Shown here in pieces: positions 1 through 12,239 of a DNA stretch of 64,000 bases. The stretch comes from Dipteris shenzhenensis (Eukaryota): assembly GCA_047967505.1 (NCBI GenBank), contig CM106538.1; one strand, written 5' to 3'. The first letter of the stretch is position 1. Every line of letters begins with the position of its first letter. The notes beneath the pieces are model-generated. The model saw nothing but the letters and a program-made list of their open reading frames with translations, searched no databases and was not told the DNA's origin. Position numbers and translations under genes: made by a program.

Positions 1-255
1 CAGGGGTTTGATATTGGGGCTTCTGGACTCTATGGAAGGATAAAAATCATAGTGTCTTTGGAGATTCCACTTCTTCCAAGTTTTCCTATTTTCGGATGTC
101 ACTAAGGCAATTTTTTTATAATTGCCTCAGTACTCGTTACATAGATTCCTCTCTCTACTTGTCTTATATTGAAATCTTCTGATACTTTGTAAGGGCAAGT
201 TCCCTCTTTGGAATTGCTTCTTGTAATGTAAACAAATGTGGATTTAAAAAAAGAA
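1..255 (+). mobile_element. 3' end of an L1-like LINE, related to the element at 18948-20667, ending in a short poly(A)
   Basis: Translates as ..WTLWKDKNHSVFGD.., matching ..LWKDRNHRVFGD.. near 20380. A7 at 246-252 is followed by (GT)n. Confidence 0.55.
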
Positions 256-275
256 GTGTGTGTGTGTGTGTGTGT

Positions 276-341
<66 letters not shown>
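256..341. repeat. Compound microsatellite (GT)n(GA)n
   Basis: Seen directly. Confidence 0.95.
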
Positions 342-344
342 TGT

Positions 345-1574
345 ATTAATGCCTTTCGGAGGCCTTATGAGTCTATGAGACAAGGTACAATCATAAAAAC
401 TAACTCATACAAGCCATGATGGGATGAGGCAAAGTGCTTGCGAAGGCCCTTGCTAGGTACTATAATCAAAGCACAAAACTAGGCCCTTGCTAGGTACTAT
501 AATCAAAGCACAAAACTAGTACTCAAAATACAAAAACTTGAAATTCCTGAGATGACAAGAGATGTGATCGAGTGTCATCTATGATCTTGGTGCCATGGAA
601 GATCTCCCAGGTGCAAAGTTATTGCATACCTCCCTCTATCGAGTTGTCTCTCGCTGTGGAATGGGGGGTGTAGTCTCCGACATTATACATCTGATGAACC
701 ATTTTGAGAGTGACACCTCGACTCTGGTGGTTCCCTCTAAGTAGAGGTGGGATGGCCTAGACCTCCTTTATGCTTGCTTTGGTCAGCATATGCATCATCC
801 ATGGTCTCTCTATCTTTGGCTTCATAGCTCCATGTTGTCTCTTCTCGTTGATCCACTATGCCCTCATATCAGCTAGCTCCTCCTCTACTCCACTACGTTT
901 TGGGGTTGACTCAAATGCGTAGAAATCTGTGACATGCCACTATGCTCGATTAGACTCTATCACCTGTGGTAATGTCACCCCCTTTTGTTTGATCTATCTC
1001 AATAGGGTCTCTCGATGTTGCCACATCTCAATCATATAGAGACCAATGCAAACCTAATCATGAAGGTGGATCATGCAAGAGAGTGGCCCAAAACCATGTC
1101 CCTTCGGAAAGAGACAATGGTATTGTCCACGGATCTCATAATAGACTAGGCAAGTGCATAGAAAATGCTCCTTTGTCTCCACCTCCTCAAATATGCGTAA
1201 TCTATAGATTTGTTGCTCTCTAGGTGTGCAAATGGTGTGCAAATGGCTATCCTCAGCTAGTGGGATGAGACCCACATCTGTCCAATGGCTATCCTCAATG
1301 GATGTGAGACTCATCTTTCCTCTAGGTACAAGGATCTCCATCCTTTGATACTATCAAAAAGTGGTCGTGATAGAACAAGATCTTGGTGGGGAACTCCTAG
1401 TCCAACCCCCCCTCCCAAAGTCAGTGACATATCGACCTAGAGTAGATCCAATGTATGATGCGGTTGAGCTCATCTGTGGGAGCAAGGGGAACGGGGCATC
1501 CAAGTTGTACTAGAAGGGGGGGGTCGATCCATTTGAATGTCTTGGATGATAAACAATTTGGATACGTGTGCGTA
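345..1574 (-). mobile_element. 3' part of a degenerate non-LTR retrotransposon (host of the nested L1 insertions)
   Basis: Minus-strand ..EEVETKEHFLCTCLVYYEIR.. is a LINE C-terminal Cys/His motif. The element continues at 9644 after the 17 bp TSD. The left boundary is approximate. Confidence 0.6.
444..517. repeat. 37 bp tandem duplication
   Basis: aggcccttgctaggtactataatcaaagcacaaaact at 444-480 and 481-517. Confidence 0.9.
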
Positions 1575-1591
1575 CCAAACCGTGCTAATCC
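1575..1591 (+). repeat. 17 bp target-site duplication, left copy (right copy 9627-9643)
   Basis: ccaaaccgtgctaatcc is identical at both positions. Confidence 0.9.
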
Positions 1592-1604
1592 GTCACGTGA
1601 AAAC

Positions 1605-1616
1605 AGTCACCACCTC
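1605..1616 (+). repeat. 12 bp target-site duplication, left copy (right copy 8059-8070)
   Basis: agtcaccacctc is identical at both positions and flanks the full-length L1. Confidence 0.85.
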
Positions 1617-2036
1617 CCTTGCCCTCCCTCGCCCTCCCTCGCCCCCCCCGCTGCTCTCCCCCTCCCTGTTGCCCCCTTCTCCTCTGCCCTCCCTCTCCCC
1701 CGCCAGCCCACCCGCCCCCTTCTCCTCCCCCGCCCCCTCCCTCCCCCACGCTCTCCCCCCCCCCGCTACTCTCCCCCCCAAGGTGACCCCCCCCGGAAAA
1801 AAAAAAAGTAAATTAAAAAAATTAAAAAACCTCCTCCCTCTCCCTCCCTGCCCCCTTCCTTCCTATCTCAGCTCCCCACGCCTCCCCCTCAGCCTACCTC
1901 TGTCTCCCCTCTCTCCTCCCCTCTCTTTCTCCTTCTTCCTGCCCCTCTCTTTTCCTTCCCTTCCCCTCTCTCCTACCCTCTCTTTCTCCTTCTTCTTGCG
2001 CCCGCGTTCAAGGCGTCCTGGGTAGTAGTTTCACGG

Positions 2037-3602
2037 ATGGAGCTTTTTCAGTGTTGGAATCGGCCTTTTCACATCGATTGGCGAATGGATCCCCATTCAA
2101 CCAATCTCCGTCCACCTCCACCGGCCACGAGAACCGTCATTTTTTCAGAAGACGAGCTGCAGCAGCTCAAGAAAGATGTGGAATTACAGGGCTCCACATC
2201 ACTTTTCGCCCACATCTTTGGGTCACACCCTTCCAGATCACAGGCTAGAGACTGGATTTTGGCGGCGTTACCAGGAGACCTCGCCCCTCACCTCAGGGAT
2301 ATTTGACTTTTGGGACATGGATTCTTCCAAGTGGTTTTCGACTCCCACGAGTCCACAGCCCTTGTTCTCAAAGCTAATCCCCTGGCTTTGGGTTCGAGGA
2401 GGATCTTTCTTTTGCCCTACACCTTGGGCTTCGATCTGGTCAAGGAGGACAGGCAGGTCACATCACTGTTCATTAGGTTTCCTGGTCTTCCTCAGGTCTA
2501 CCATCGACTACTTGCCACTATCGGAGCCACATTCGGAGTGGTCACGGAGATCCCCTCCCTTCCTGGCATGCCTTCTTCCTTGGTAGAGGCAGTCAGTGCA
2601 GACGGGGTGCCTCGTGTTAGGGTCATTGTCTCTGACCCTAACATCTCAGATGACCACATTATGCTTCAACGTCCATACGGGTCTCTCTTTCGATAGAGAG
2701 TCGAGATTTCAGGTAGACAGGACCAGTGCAGGATTTGCAGGACCCTTGGGCACTTTGCTAGAGACTGTCCAAGGAAGAGAAAAAGACCCAAGAGGTCTTC
2801 TGGTGCGGCTCCTTCATGTACTACCGCAAATGCACCTCCCCAGCACCCTGTACCACGCACTCCAGGACCACCAAGAGCAACAGGGCGCCCTGCTTCGTGC
2901 ACCCCAGGACCACCAGGGGCAGCAGGGTGCCCAATGCCCGTAGCACACCCCGTACCACGATGGAGAGCTATCAGAGTGGCTCCCTTACCTCAGGAGACTT
3001 TTGATCCTGTTCAGACAGACGCCTTCCAGACTCCAGAGGTGGATGTTGCTGTAGCCCAGACACTACAGTTCCACATCAAGAGGGGCCTTTAGATCCACCA
3101 GCCCCAGTCACTTTGGTCTCTGACCCCTTGGTTTCTGACCACGAGGGGACTACAGGTACTTCTTCCCCACAGATTGTTCCGGCCACAGTCAGGACAACCG
3201 AGAAAGTGCAGGCGCAGATGAGGGCTCTTGATTCCTCTTCACCCCAGCCATAGGCCTCCTCAACTGCCAGCTCCAGTTCTGCTGATAGAGGTCTGGTAGG
3301 TCCTTCTCCTCCATCTTCCACGAGTCCAGGTCTTCTTTGCACTCCTCGGCCAGACTTGCTTATCAGGAATTCTTTTTCGGCACTGGCAAATTTGGCGACT
3401 TTCATGGATGATGAGGAGTTTGTGCCCTCCACCTTAGGGGTCCCGGTCATTTTCCTTCTGACAGGGCCTCCCTTTCAGTAGGTGTGGGGATCCTTTCACC
3501 TATTGAGTTTCCTACCCTCAGTAGGAGTGTTTCGGCCCAGGGGAAGCTGGTCTCCTCTACTAGGTTGGGTAAGCCTTTCCATCCAGCATCCTCCTGTCGA
3601 TG
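2037..3602 (+). pseudogene. LINE ORF1 (DUF4283-like region plus CCHC zinc knuckle), with in-frame stops
   Basis: FAHIFGSHPSR..GHGFFQVVF, then CRICRTLGHFARDC at 2727-2768 in frame with ATG 2037. Stops at 2304 and 2694. The 3' end is approximate. Confidence 0.75.
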
Positions 3603-6600
3603 AGGATAGTCAGCTGGAACATACAGGGCCTAGGCGGAGTTTCACACCATCGCTGTAGGCAGCTGATCCAGAACCAGCTTCATCCAGGCATCACTGGAGG
3701 TGTTATTGATATCCTTTTCATCCAGGAACACAAGCTAGATGCCAGTGATTGCTCTAAGTCTGGCAAATTGCTTTCAGGACATACCTTCTGGTCGCGTGCT
3801 ATGGGCACAAGGGGAGGTACTTGCATTTCGGTCTCTCTTTCTATTCTCCCCTTGGTTGCTAGTCATGGTATTATCTCCCCTTCTAGAGCTCAATGGATCA
3901 TTATTTTGATTAGAGGGCATAAGATTGGTCTTCTCAATCTTTATGCTCCCAACAACAGAGGGGAGCAGATCTCCTTTTGGAAGGAGTTACTCTCTTGGGC
4001 CCCCATTGCAGATTCTTGGATCATTGGTGGCGACTTCAACATGGTTGAGTTGCCTTCAGACAAAAAGGGAGGCAGACAGGGTGGAATTCATTCTTTGGAG
4101 AGGGCAGCCTGGGATGCCTTTCTCTTTCAGTTCAGTGGCAGAGACACTTGGTTGGATGATGCCTTTCATATTATGCCTTAGTCACTCCTGTACTCTTGGT
4201 CGAACAGGAGAATACACATGCCCATTCATGCACGGATTGATAGATTTTATGTAGATGATTGGGCACTTGACAGAGGAGGATCTGTATGCATTTCTACTAG
4301 GGTTTCCACCTCATATCATTTTCCAATGGTGTTGTAGATTCTTGAGCCTCATCGGAGAGGACGCTTTGCCAGTGTCAGGATTCCGGATGCTTTTTATGCA
4401 GAGGAGAGCCTCACGGAGGATATTTTATAGATTTGGGTTTCTCACATACAGGGTGGAGCTGTCCATCCATCTCAGGTAGCTGCAGCCTTATCCAGAATTA
4501 GTGACTATTATCATTCAGTTGTTGATTCTAGGAGACGTGAGATTCTCAGATGTGAGATTGGTATATGCCAGCAGTTAGCATCCCTTCAGAGGGAAGAGTA
4601 GAAGAGGCCCACAGATGCTTGGATTCAGGAGCGCCTTGCTGTAGCAAGGGCTCATTTGCAGACATTGTTGGATCAGAGAGCAGAGTATGCCTTTCATGCA
4701 TGGGAATCCTTTTGGATTCAGATGGGTGGCAGGGTCAACAAATACTTTTTCTCTACTCATGGGCCCAGACATAGTAGAGATAGTGTTTCACAGCTTTTGT
4801 TGACTCAGATGGGGTGTTACAGTCAGATCTTGAAGCTGTCATGCGTGTAGCTTCAGATTTTTTTGCATCCCTTCTTACTGCAGATCCAGGCACACAGGCC
4901 ATTGATGATGCTAGAGTGGTTATTTGGTAGTGTATCCCTGTACTGGTGAAGGATGAGATGTATGTTTCTATGGATGCACCTTTCACCAATGCAGAATTCA
5001 AGACTGCATTACTTGCCCTTCACAAGGGCAAGTGCCCAGGTTCAGATGGACTTACCCCCTCCTTTTTTATTACTTTTTGGGAGCAGATTGGTGATCACAT
5101 TACATCAGCCCTGCAGGGCGTGTGGGACTCTGGTGAGATGCCGGACTCACTCACAGATGGTCTCATTCATCTCATCCCAAAGGGGGGTAATAGGAATCTT
5201 GTGTCTCAATGGAGACCCATCACTCTTTTGGGCACTTTTTACAAGATTTTGGCGAAAGCCATTGGTCTGCAGCTACAAGTTTTTCTTCCAGATTTGATTC
5301 ATGACACGCAGACAGGGTTTGTGCATGGCAGAAGTATTTTTGATAATATTTTCTCATTTTGGGAGGCCTCAGAATGGGCCATGCAGAGCCGCCAGAGATT
5401 GGCCATTCTACTCTTGGACTTTGAGAAAGCTTACGACAGAGTAGACTGGGATTTTTTAGAGGGTACTCGATCTCGCTTTGGTTTTTCAGATGCATGGATT
5501 AGAGGAGTATCCTCTCTCTACAGATCAGCCCATAGCCAGTTGCTCATTGGGGGGGTAAGAGGAGACAGGTTTTAGATTTCCAGATCCATCCGCCAGGGAT
5601 GTCCTCTTGCCCCGTTTCTTTTTCAGTTTGTGGCGGAAGCTATGAGTATCTACATTAGATCTCAAGCTGATATTTATGGGCTGAGGCTTCCTATCTGTCA
5701 GGAAGAAGAGCTCATGGATAGTGAGTTGGCAGATGACACGGCTGTTTTTTTGGATGCCTCCCCCAGGACACTCACTTCCTTCCAAACAGCCTTGGATTTG
5801 TTTTGCACGGCTGCAGGTGCACACATTAATTGGCATAAATCCAGTGGTTTTTGGATTTGCGAGGATGACACCCTGGATTGGGGTAATGATATTGGCTTCA
5901 CTTGGGTACAGAGGGGCTTCTCTGTTAGATATTTGGGCTGCTAGGTTGGGGTGGTCATCTCTCCCTCATAACAGTTTGCTCCGGTGTTGGAAAGCATCAG
6001 AAGAAAGCTCCTTTTCTGGAGCTCAGCCAAACTTGACTTGGCCTCCAGGGTGGTGGTGGTTAACCAGGTTCTTCTAGCCATAGCATGGTTTGTATGCTCT
6101 TGTTGGTGCCACTCTAGGGATTGTATCACTCAGCTTAAGAGGCCTATACGAAACTTTTTATGGAGTGGTCTAAATGGCACAACTGATGTTACAGCCAGGG
6201 TGGCTTGGGAGACCTTGATTCTTCCTACAAGAGAAGGGGGTTTGAATATCATCGACCCAAATCTACAGTGCAGAGCTTTACTCTACAAGTTCATTGTGAG
6301 AGGGCTTATGCCAGGACAAGAGCCTTGGAAGGATTTTTTAATCAGATGCATACAGTCTCGCACGCCCACTTCAGGAGAGGATTGGACACACAATACTAGA
6401 TGGGTTTTCACCACAGCCCACCTGAGGTCTCCCTCTTCCCCTCTTATGGTTGCTATCTTGAAAGCATGGGCCAGCTTCAGGAGTACTCTTCGCAGGATTC
6501 CCCCATCCACCCGTGAAGAGATTGAAAGGCAGCCTATCATGTGGAATGACAGGATTTTGGATGAGCTTGGCAGACCACTTGGAGCTTCTACTTACATGCA

Positions 6601-7947
6601 GTGGCCAAGATGGGAGAGGGGCCCTGCATCTATAGTGGGAGCATGGAAAGCCTTCAGGAAGCTTCCTGCAGACCAATAGGCCCAAATGGTTCTTAATCTC
6701 AGAGGGAGTGCAGGGAGAGTCCAACAGATTGATGCAGCCTTGCCCTTGGATTAGGTGGACACAAATGACGTGCCTATTACTTGCTCCACCTAGATGGGGG
6801 CATTTTCCAGATTGGGAGTTCCTTTATAGGTGATTTCTTTCTTGACCCACATGAGGATGCCTTAGTATTTGATGTTTCTTGGGGGGGCAGTCTGTCCAGA
6901 TCCACAAACGATATCTTGTTGGAGGTACCGTTTCAGCTAGTCAGGATAGTGGGCTTCATGGAGCATGGCTCTCTTTCACAGTGGTACTTGGATCGTGACC
7001 CGCTTCTCCTCGCCCTTGGCTCATGGAGGCTGTGGCTCTATGGAGGTGTCCCAATTAAGTTTTTGCAGTGGGACCCTGGGGAATGGGAATGGATAGATGA
7101 AGGGCACCGAGAGAAGAGCATCCCCTTTTTTCGTTACACGGTCAGTAATGCCAGGAAATTCCTGCTCAGCTCTAGGGGTTGGAAGCCTACCAAAGCTCCT
7201 CATTGGGAGAACTTTCAGATTTTTGCTGACTTGCAGAGAATTTTTTGGCAGAGGCTATGGAAATCCCACCGGAATAGAAAAATCACTCTCTTCTTTTGGC
7301 TTTTTATTCATGGTGGGATAGCAGTGAACCATTGGAGATCCAAGTTTGAAGCTGACCCTTCTTGCCCTCACTGCCTTTCTGCTTTGGAGACAATACAGCA
7401 CTACCTATGGGATTGCAGACAGGCGAGAATCATATGGAAGGGGATTGCAAGACTTTTCAGCACTTTTGTTCGCCTACCTTTCTATATGACCTGGGGATCA
7501 GTGGCTTGGCTTACTCTTTCAAGGCCCCAGGTATTTTTTGAGAGACTTGACTCCTCTTGGGCTCTTCACATCCGATGACACCTTGTGGAGTCGTGCTCTC
7601 TAGAGGATGTTCCGGCCACTCTTTTCAGGGCTGCTCACTCCTCGGTCGACTCTCCATGGGAGATCCTAGCTAGCATTGCAGCATGGCACATTTGGAGAGC
7701 CAGGTGCACTAAGGCTTTGGAGGTTCTCAAGTTCACCCTTCTTAGATCTTGGCCAGTACTTGGATAGATACGATACACTCTGATGGCCATTTGGGCGACC
7801 ATGCAAGGATCATCTCGAGTAGCCTCCTCCAGGAGAGTTACTTTTCTCAGAGATTGGAGAGACTCTCCCTTCTTTGCTGAGACTTCTACAGGGTTGAGAT
7901 GGCATTTTCAGCCTCAGCCTTGGTTTCTTTCTACCTCATTCCTCTGA
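3600..7947 (+). pseudogene. LINE ORF2 (APE endonuclease, reverse transcriptase, zf-RVT-like), with stops and frameshifts
   Basis: MRIVSWNIQGL, QEHK, GGDFN; WRPITLL..YKILAK, DFEKAYDRVDW, RQGCPLAP, LADDT; CPHC..ETIQHYLWDC. Confidence 0.92.
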
Positions 7948-8070
7948 GGTGTTTTTATTACATGCTTAGCACGGTGTATTTCTGCACAGAGCTTGCTCTA
8001 GCGGGTTTCTTTCTTACTTAATAGAAGTCTCTTTTTTTTTGGGGGGGGGGGGGGGGGAAGTCACCACCTC

Positions 8071-9626
8071 AAAGCTTGGGGGAGCTTCAGGAACACTCTT
8101 CGAAGGGTTCCGCCCTCTACCCTTGAAGAGATTGATAGGTAGCCGATCATTTGGAACGATAGTATACTTGATGAGCATGGCAGACCTCTAGGCACTTCCC
8201 ATTATATGCAGTGATCTGGATGGGAGAGAGTCCCTGCCTACACAGTAGGCACTTGGAAGGCTTTTATCAGGCTACCTGATGATCAGAGACTACAGTTCGT
8301 GAGTCACCTCAGAGGGGTAGCATGCAGGATTCAGCAGATACATGCAGCCATCCCGATGGAATGGACAATTGAGGTGCCTATTACTTCCACCACTTGGATG
8401 GGAGCTTGGCAGTTCCTCTACAGGTGATCGCTCTTCGAGGTTTCGGGGAAGATGCTTTGGTCTTTGACGTTGGGGATGGAGGTATACTCTCTAGATCCAC
8501 GAATGATATTATTCTAGAGCTTGTCTTTCAGCCTGTCAGGATTGCTGGTTTTGTGGACCACAGAGCGGGCTTGCAGTGGTACTTAGACCCTGACCCTTTG
8601 CTCTTGGCCCTGGGATCCTGGAGGTTGTGGTTATATGGAGGTGCACCTATCAAGTGCTTGCAGTGGGACCCAAAAGAGTGGGAGTGGATAGATCATGGGC
8701 ACCAAGAGAGGGGGATTCCCTTCTTTCGTTTCACGGTTGGTAATGCCAGGAGATTTCAGCTGAGCAGTAGAGGTTGGATTCCCTCCAGAGCCCCCCATTG
8801 GGATAGCTTCTTCATCACCGCAGATTTGCGTAGGAATTTCTGGAGGAGGCTCTGGAAGTCCCTCAAAAATAGAAAGATCACTCTTTTCTTTTGGCTTTCT
8901 ATTCATGGAGGGATTGCAGTGAACCTGTGGAGATCACGATTTGGGGCTGATCCCACTTGCCCTCATTGTCATTATGTAGAGGAGTCAATGCGACATTGCC
9001 TTTGGGACTGCAATCAAGCAAGAATTATTTGGAAAAGAGTTGCTTGGATACTCAGCATTTTTCATACTTCCCCTTTCTTCATGACTTGGGGCTCGGTCGC
9101 ATGGTTATCCCTTACTGGACCCTAGCTGTTTTATGAAGGTGAGCCTTCCTCTTGGGCACTCTCGATCCGCCGACAGGAGATACAGCCCTACTCTCTTCAG
9201 GATGTACCACATACTCCTTTCAGAGCTTCACATGTTTCAGTGGACACCTCTTGGGAGATTTTGGCTAGCATTTCCTCTTGGCACATTTGGAGAGCCAAAT
9301 GCACTGAGGCCTTGGATGACACCCAGATACACCCATCACAGGTGTTCACTGGTATTTGGAGTGACACGATTCACACTTTGATAGCCATATGGGCTAGCAT
9401 GCAGGGCCCTTCACGGTAGCCTCTTTTAGGAGGACTGTATTTCTTCGAGTTTGGAGGGGTTCTCCCTTTTTCTTAGAGGTTGCTACCGGATTGAGATGGC
9501 ACTATCAGCCCCAATCCTTTCTTTTTGGCTCTTGATCTTTTCATGCATTGCATGGTGTATCCCGTATTCTTGTATGGAGCTTGCTCTAACGGTTTTCTTT
9601 AATACTTAATAGAAGTCTCTTTTTTG
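8071..9626 (+). mobile_element. Older 5'-truncated L1 of the same family (its first bases lie at 1592-1616)
   Basis: Colinear with about 6460-8040 (WYLDPDPLLLALGSWRLWLYGG, CPHC..HCLWDC), same 3' end, bounded by the 17 bp TSD. Confidence 0.88.
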
Positions 9627-9643
9627 CCAAACCGTGCTAATCC

Positions 9644-10505
9644 CTCTCTTGGCTAGTTGTTAGGATGACTCTTAGCACCAACCTCGGTAGCCTCTAGCTA
9701 GGCAAAGCCCAAATCCTGTGTCTGAAAGATGGCAAAAATCTGGAGTGGTATCATGGTGAGCTTTGCATGTACTATCTGAGGAGGGATTGAGGACATACTC
9801 CAAATCATCTTGGATCCCCTAATCAAATGTAGCCTCCCAAACCTCCGCCAATCGGTCACCGAAAGATACTCCCTCAGAAGGGTGTGCTGCTTACATAGCT
9901 ATCAGCCTCACTAGTGTATCAAAGAGCCATCCTTCGTCGGGGGGTCATGGAAGTGTGCCTGAAAGCACTGTCGCTCAAGCTGGGCTAGAGCTCACTGTCA
10001 CCGTGTAAGCCGTACCCTAGCTACATGAGTCATTGTACAGATTGGTCTTGTAAAGACTGCTCCTAGATAAGTGTATGACTGTACTATCTCCACTTCTCCC
10101 CTCAGTAAGTGACTTTGTGCTGATGAAGTATTGCGAAAATAATAACCTTGGTCTTGCCAAGGTTGACTGTCGTCTCTCCCTGCAAAACACCTCTAGCACA
10201 TTTGGATGTCTCTGCAAGCCTGCCGCTTAAGAGGATATGAGGACTATGTCATCACATACAACAACATCTGTATAATCAGATCAGCAAGCAATGATCCTTC
10301 AAAACTCCTAGGCAATCAATGAAGGTCGTGATCTCATCAATATAGAGCCGAAAGAGTGTTAGTGAAAGGGGGCATCCTTGCTTCACACCGGTCGTGCTCT
10401 CAATCGAATCTGCTGACAGGCGTCCAGGGGCACATACTCTCCCTCTATGCCCCCTAATCATGTCTGCTGGGATCTGCTTCTTCTGAAGCCTCCTAATCAT
10501 GCGCA
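9644..10505 (-). mobile_element. Reverse-transcriptase region of the host LINE
   Basis: GVKQGCPLSLTLFRLYIDE; degenerate YADD region; LQRH..LEVFC; YTYLG. Confidence 0.8.
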
Positions 10506-11309
10506 GAAAGCAGGGTGGAAGAGGTAGAATGCAGGGCAGGATGGCAGAATGGTAGGGGGTTGAGAAGGGAGCAGCAGAAGGCTATATGAAATCCATACAG
10601 CAGTAAGGCATCTGTATATTAGTAAAATTTAAGAGTCTAGAAGGATAGAGGAAGGATTAGCATTACAAGGCAAGAAGGGGGAGAAGCCAGGGACGGGAAG
10701 GGTTGAGGCCTGAGGCAGGCTGAAGGAGATTGAAACACGCTGAGGGAAGAATTGAGAAGGTTTGATTGAGGGAAATGTTGAGGCAGAGGTGGGATGGAGA
10801 GGTATGTTGGAGGAAGCCACGGGATGAGGGAGAAGCGCGCTCAGGGGTCAGTGAGCTCAAGGTCCAAAGTTGACATGAAAGGGGCAAGCCTTATATCTAT
10901 TCTCTACAAACTATGCAGTACAAAAATTGTGGTGGCCCTTGCAGGACATAGGAGGTTTCTCTACAAATGCAAATCCACACATCCAGATTCCTCTTCCATA
11001 CAGCACGATAGATCTTACTGCTAATTGCTGCCACAGCTCATCCCACTTATTGGGAAAAAATTTAGCAGCATGTCTTCACCATTGTTAGATTAGATGAGGC
11101 ATCTTTTTGGTTTGTATTGAAGGCTGAACTATCTCCTTACTCACTCCTTGTAGTGTTTCATAGGTAAGTTGAGTCGAGTGGGTCTTATTGGGCACAACTT
11201 CTTTATTTAAACCTTAAGTTTTCGTATGTACAGTGCATTGTATTTTGTATTATATGCTTAGTTTTCTTGCTGGATTCTTACTCTCATTGTTTGTTGACAT
11301 CTGTTCCAG

Positions 11310-11590
11310 TTATCACAAATAAGAACTGAGCATGCAGTAGAAAGGCAAGAGCTTCAGGTCTGTGTCTGAGCCTCCATCATAATTTTCACAATCATGGGCA
11401 GACTGTCTATACATGATATGTGAAAATGTGACTAACGCCATTTTTGGAACTAAAGGATAAAGTGAAGATATTGGAGTCAAAAGAGCAAGAAATGGAGGAG
11501 TTACTTGGCACACTGGGTCGAACATCAGCTCAATTAGAAACCCAACATGCCATGAATATTGTTCTTATGAACAAAAAAGAGGAAGTAAGT
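11310..11590 (+). pseudogene. Possible exon remnants of a coiled-coil protein gene
   Basis: CAG|LSQIRTEHAVERQELQ|GT (11310-11357) and LELKDKVKILESKEQEMEELL..KKEE|GTAAGT (donor at 11585). No recognisable family. Confidence 0.25.
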
Positions 11591-12239
11591 TGGCTATCTA
11601 CCATTGTGATTCAAGTAAAGCTCTATGTGAACTCTAAAGAATAGTTGTGTTTGTTGTGAAGTCTTTGCAATTTTACATTCTACTGTGAACACATTTTTTA
11701 TTCCACTTAATGTTTTATAAAAGGAGTATAAAAGCACCTACAAGTATATTTATTACTAACGTAGTTTGTCATAATAGTTAGTAAAAGCTTCTAGAATTGA
11801 GAATACCTCTTTCCAAGGATAAAGATGGTTGATGTTATGTGGCATCTTCTGTGCAAATGATAATAACTAGCTTCAACTATGGGAAAAGTAGGACTGAATG
11901 CAACTTGAACAAGCTAAAAGCTAATGAGCTAACCATAATTGAGTAGAGCATCATGTGAATTGAAAAATGATACGTCGGTGACATGTGAAAGGATACAAGT
12001 GATGTTGGAGGCCAACATGAGATAACAAGTCTGACTCTGGTTCAATCTGTCTTTGAGCTCTTGAACATCATAGCACCCAGCTCACACTTACATAAACTCA
12101 GTAGGAGATGTTGCAACACTAGACAAAATACTGTCAACGTAGAGACTCTATGGAATAATATGATCGTTAGCCCTGTCTTAAGGCATGGGATCCTTGCTTG
12201 ACAAGGCCATAGCTCAAGCCTCGAGCATTGAGGCATTTT

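Larger units (their letters stand above)
1617..8058 (+). mobile_element. Full-length but inactivated L1-clade LINE
   Basis: C-rich 5' UTR, ORF1, ORF2 and a 3' end ttaatagaagtct-T9-G17, bounded by a 12 bp TSD. Confidence 0.9.
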
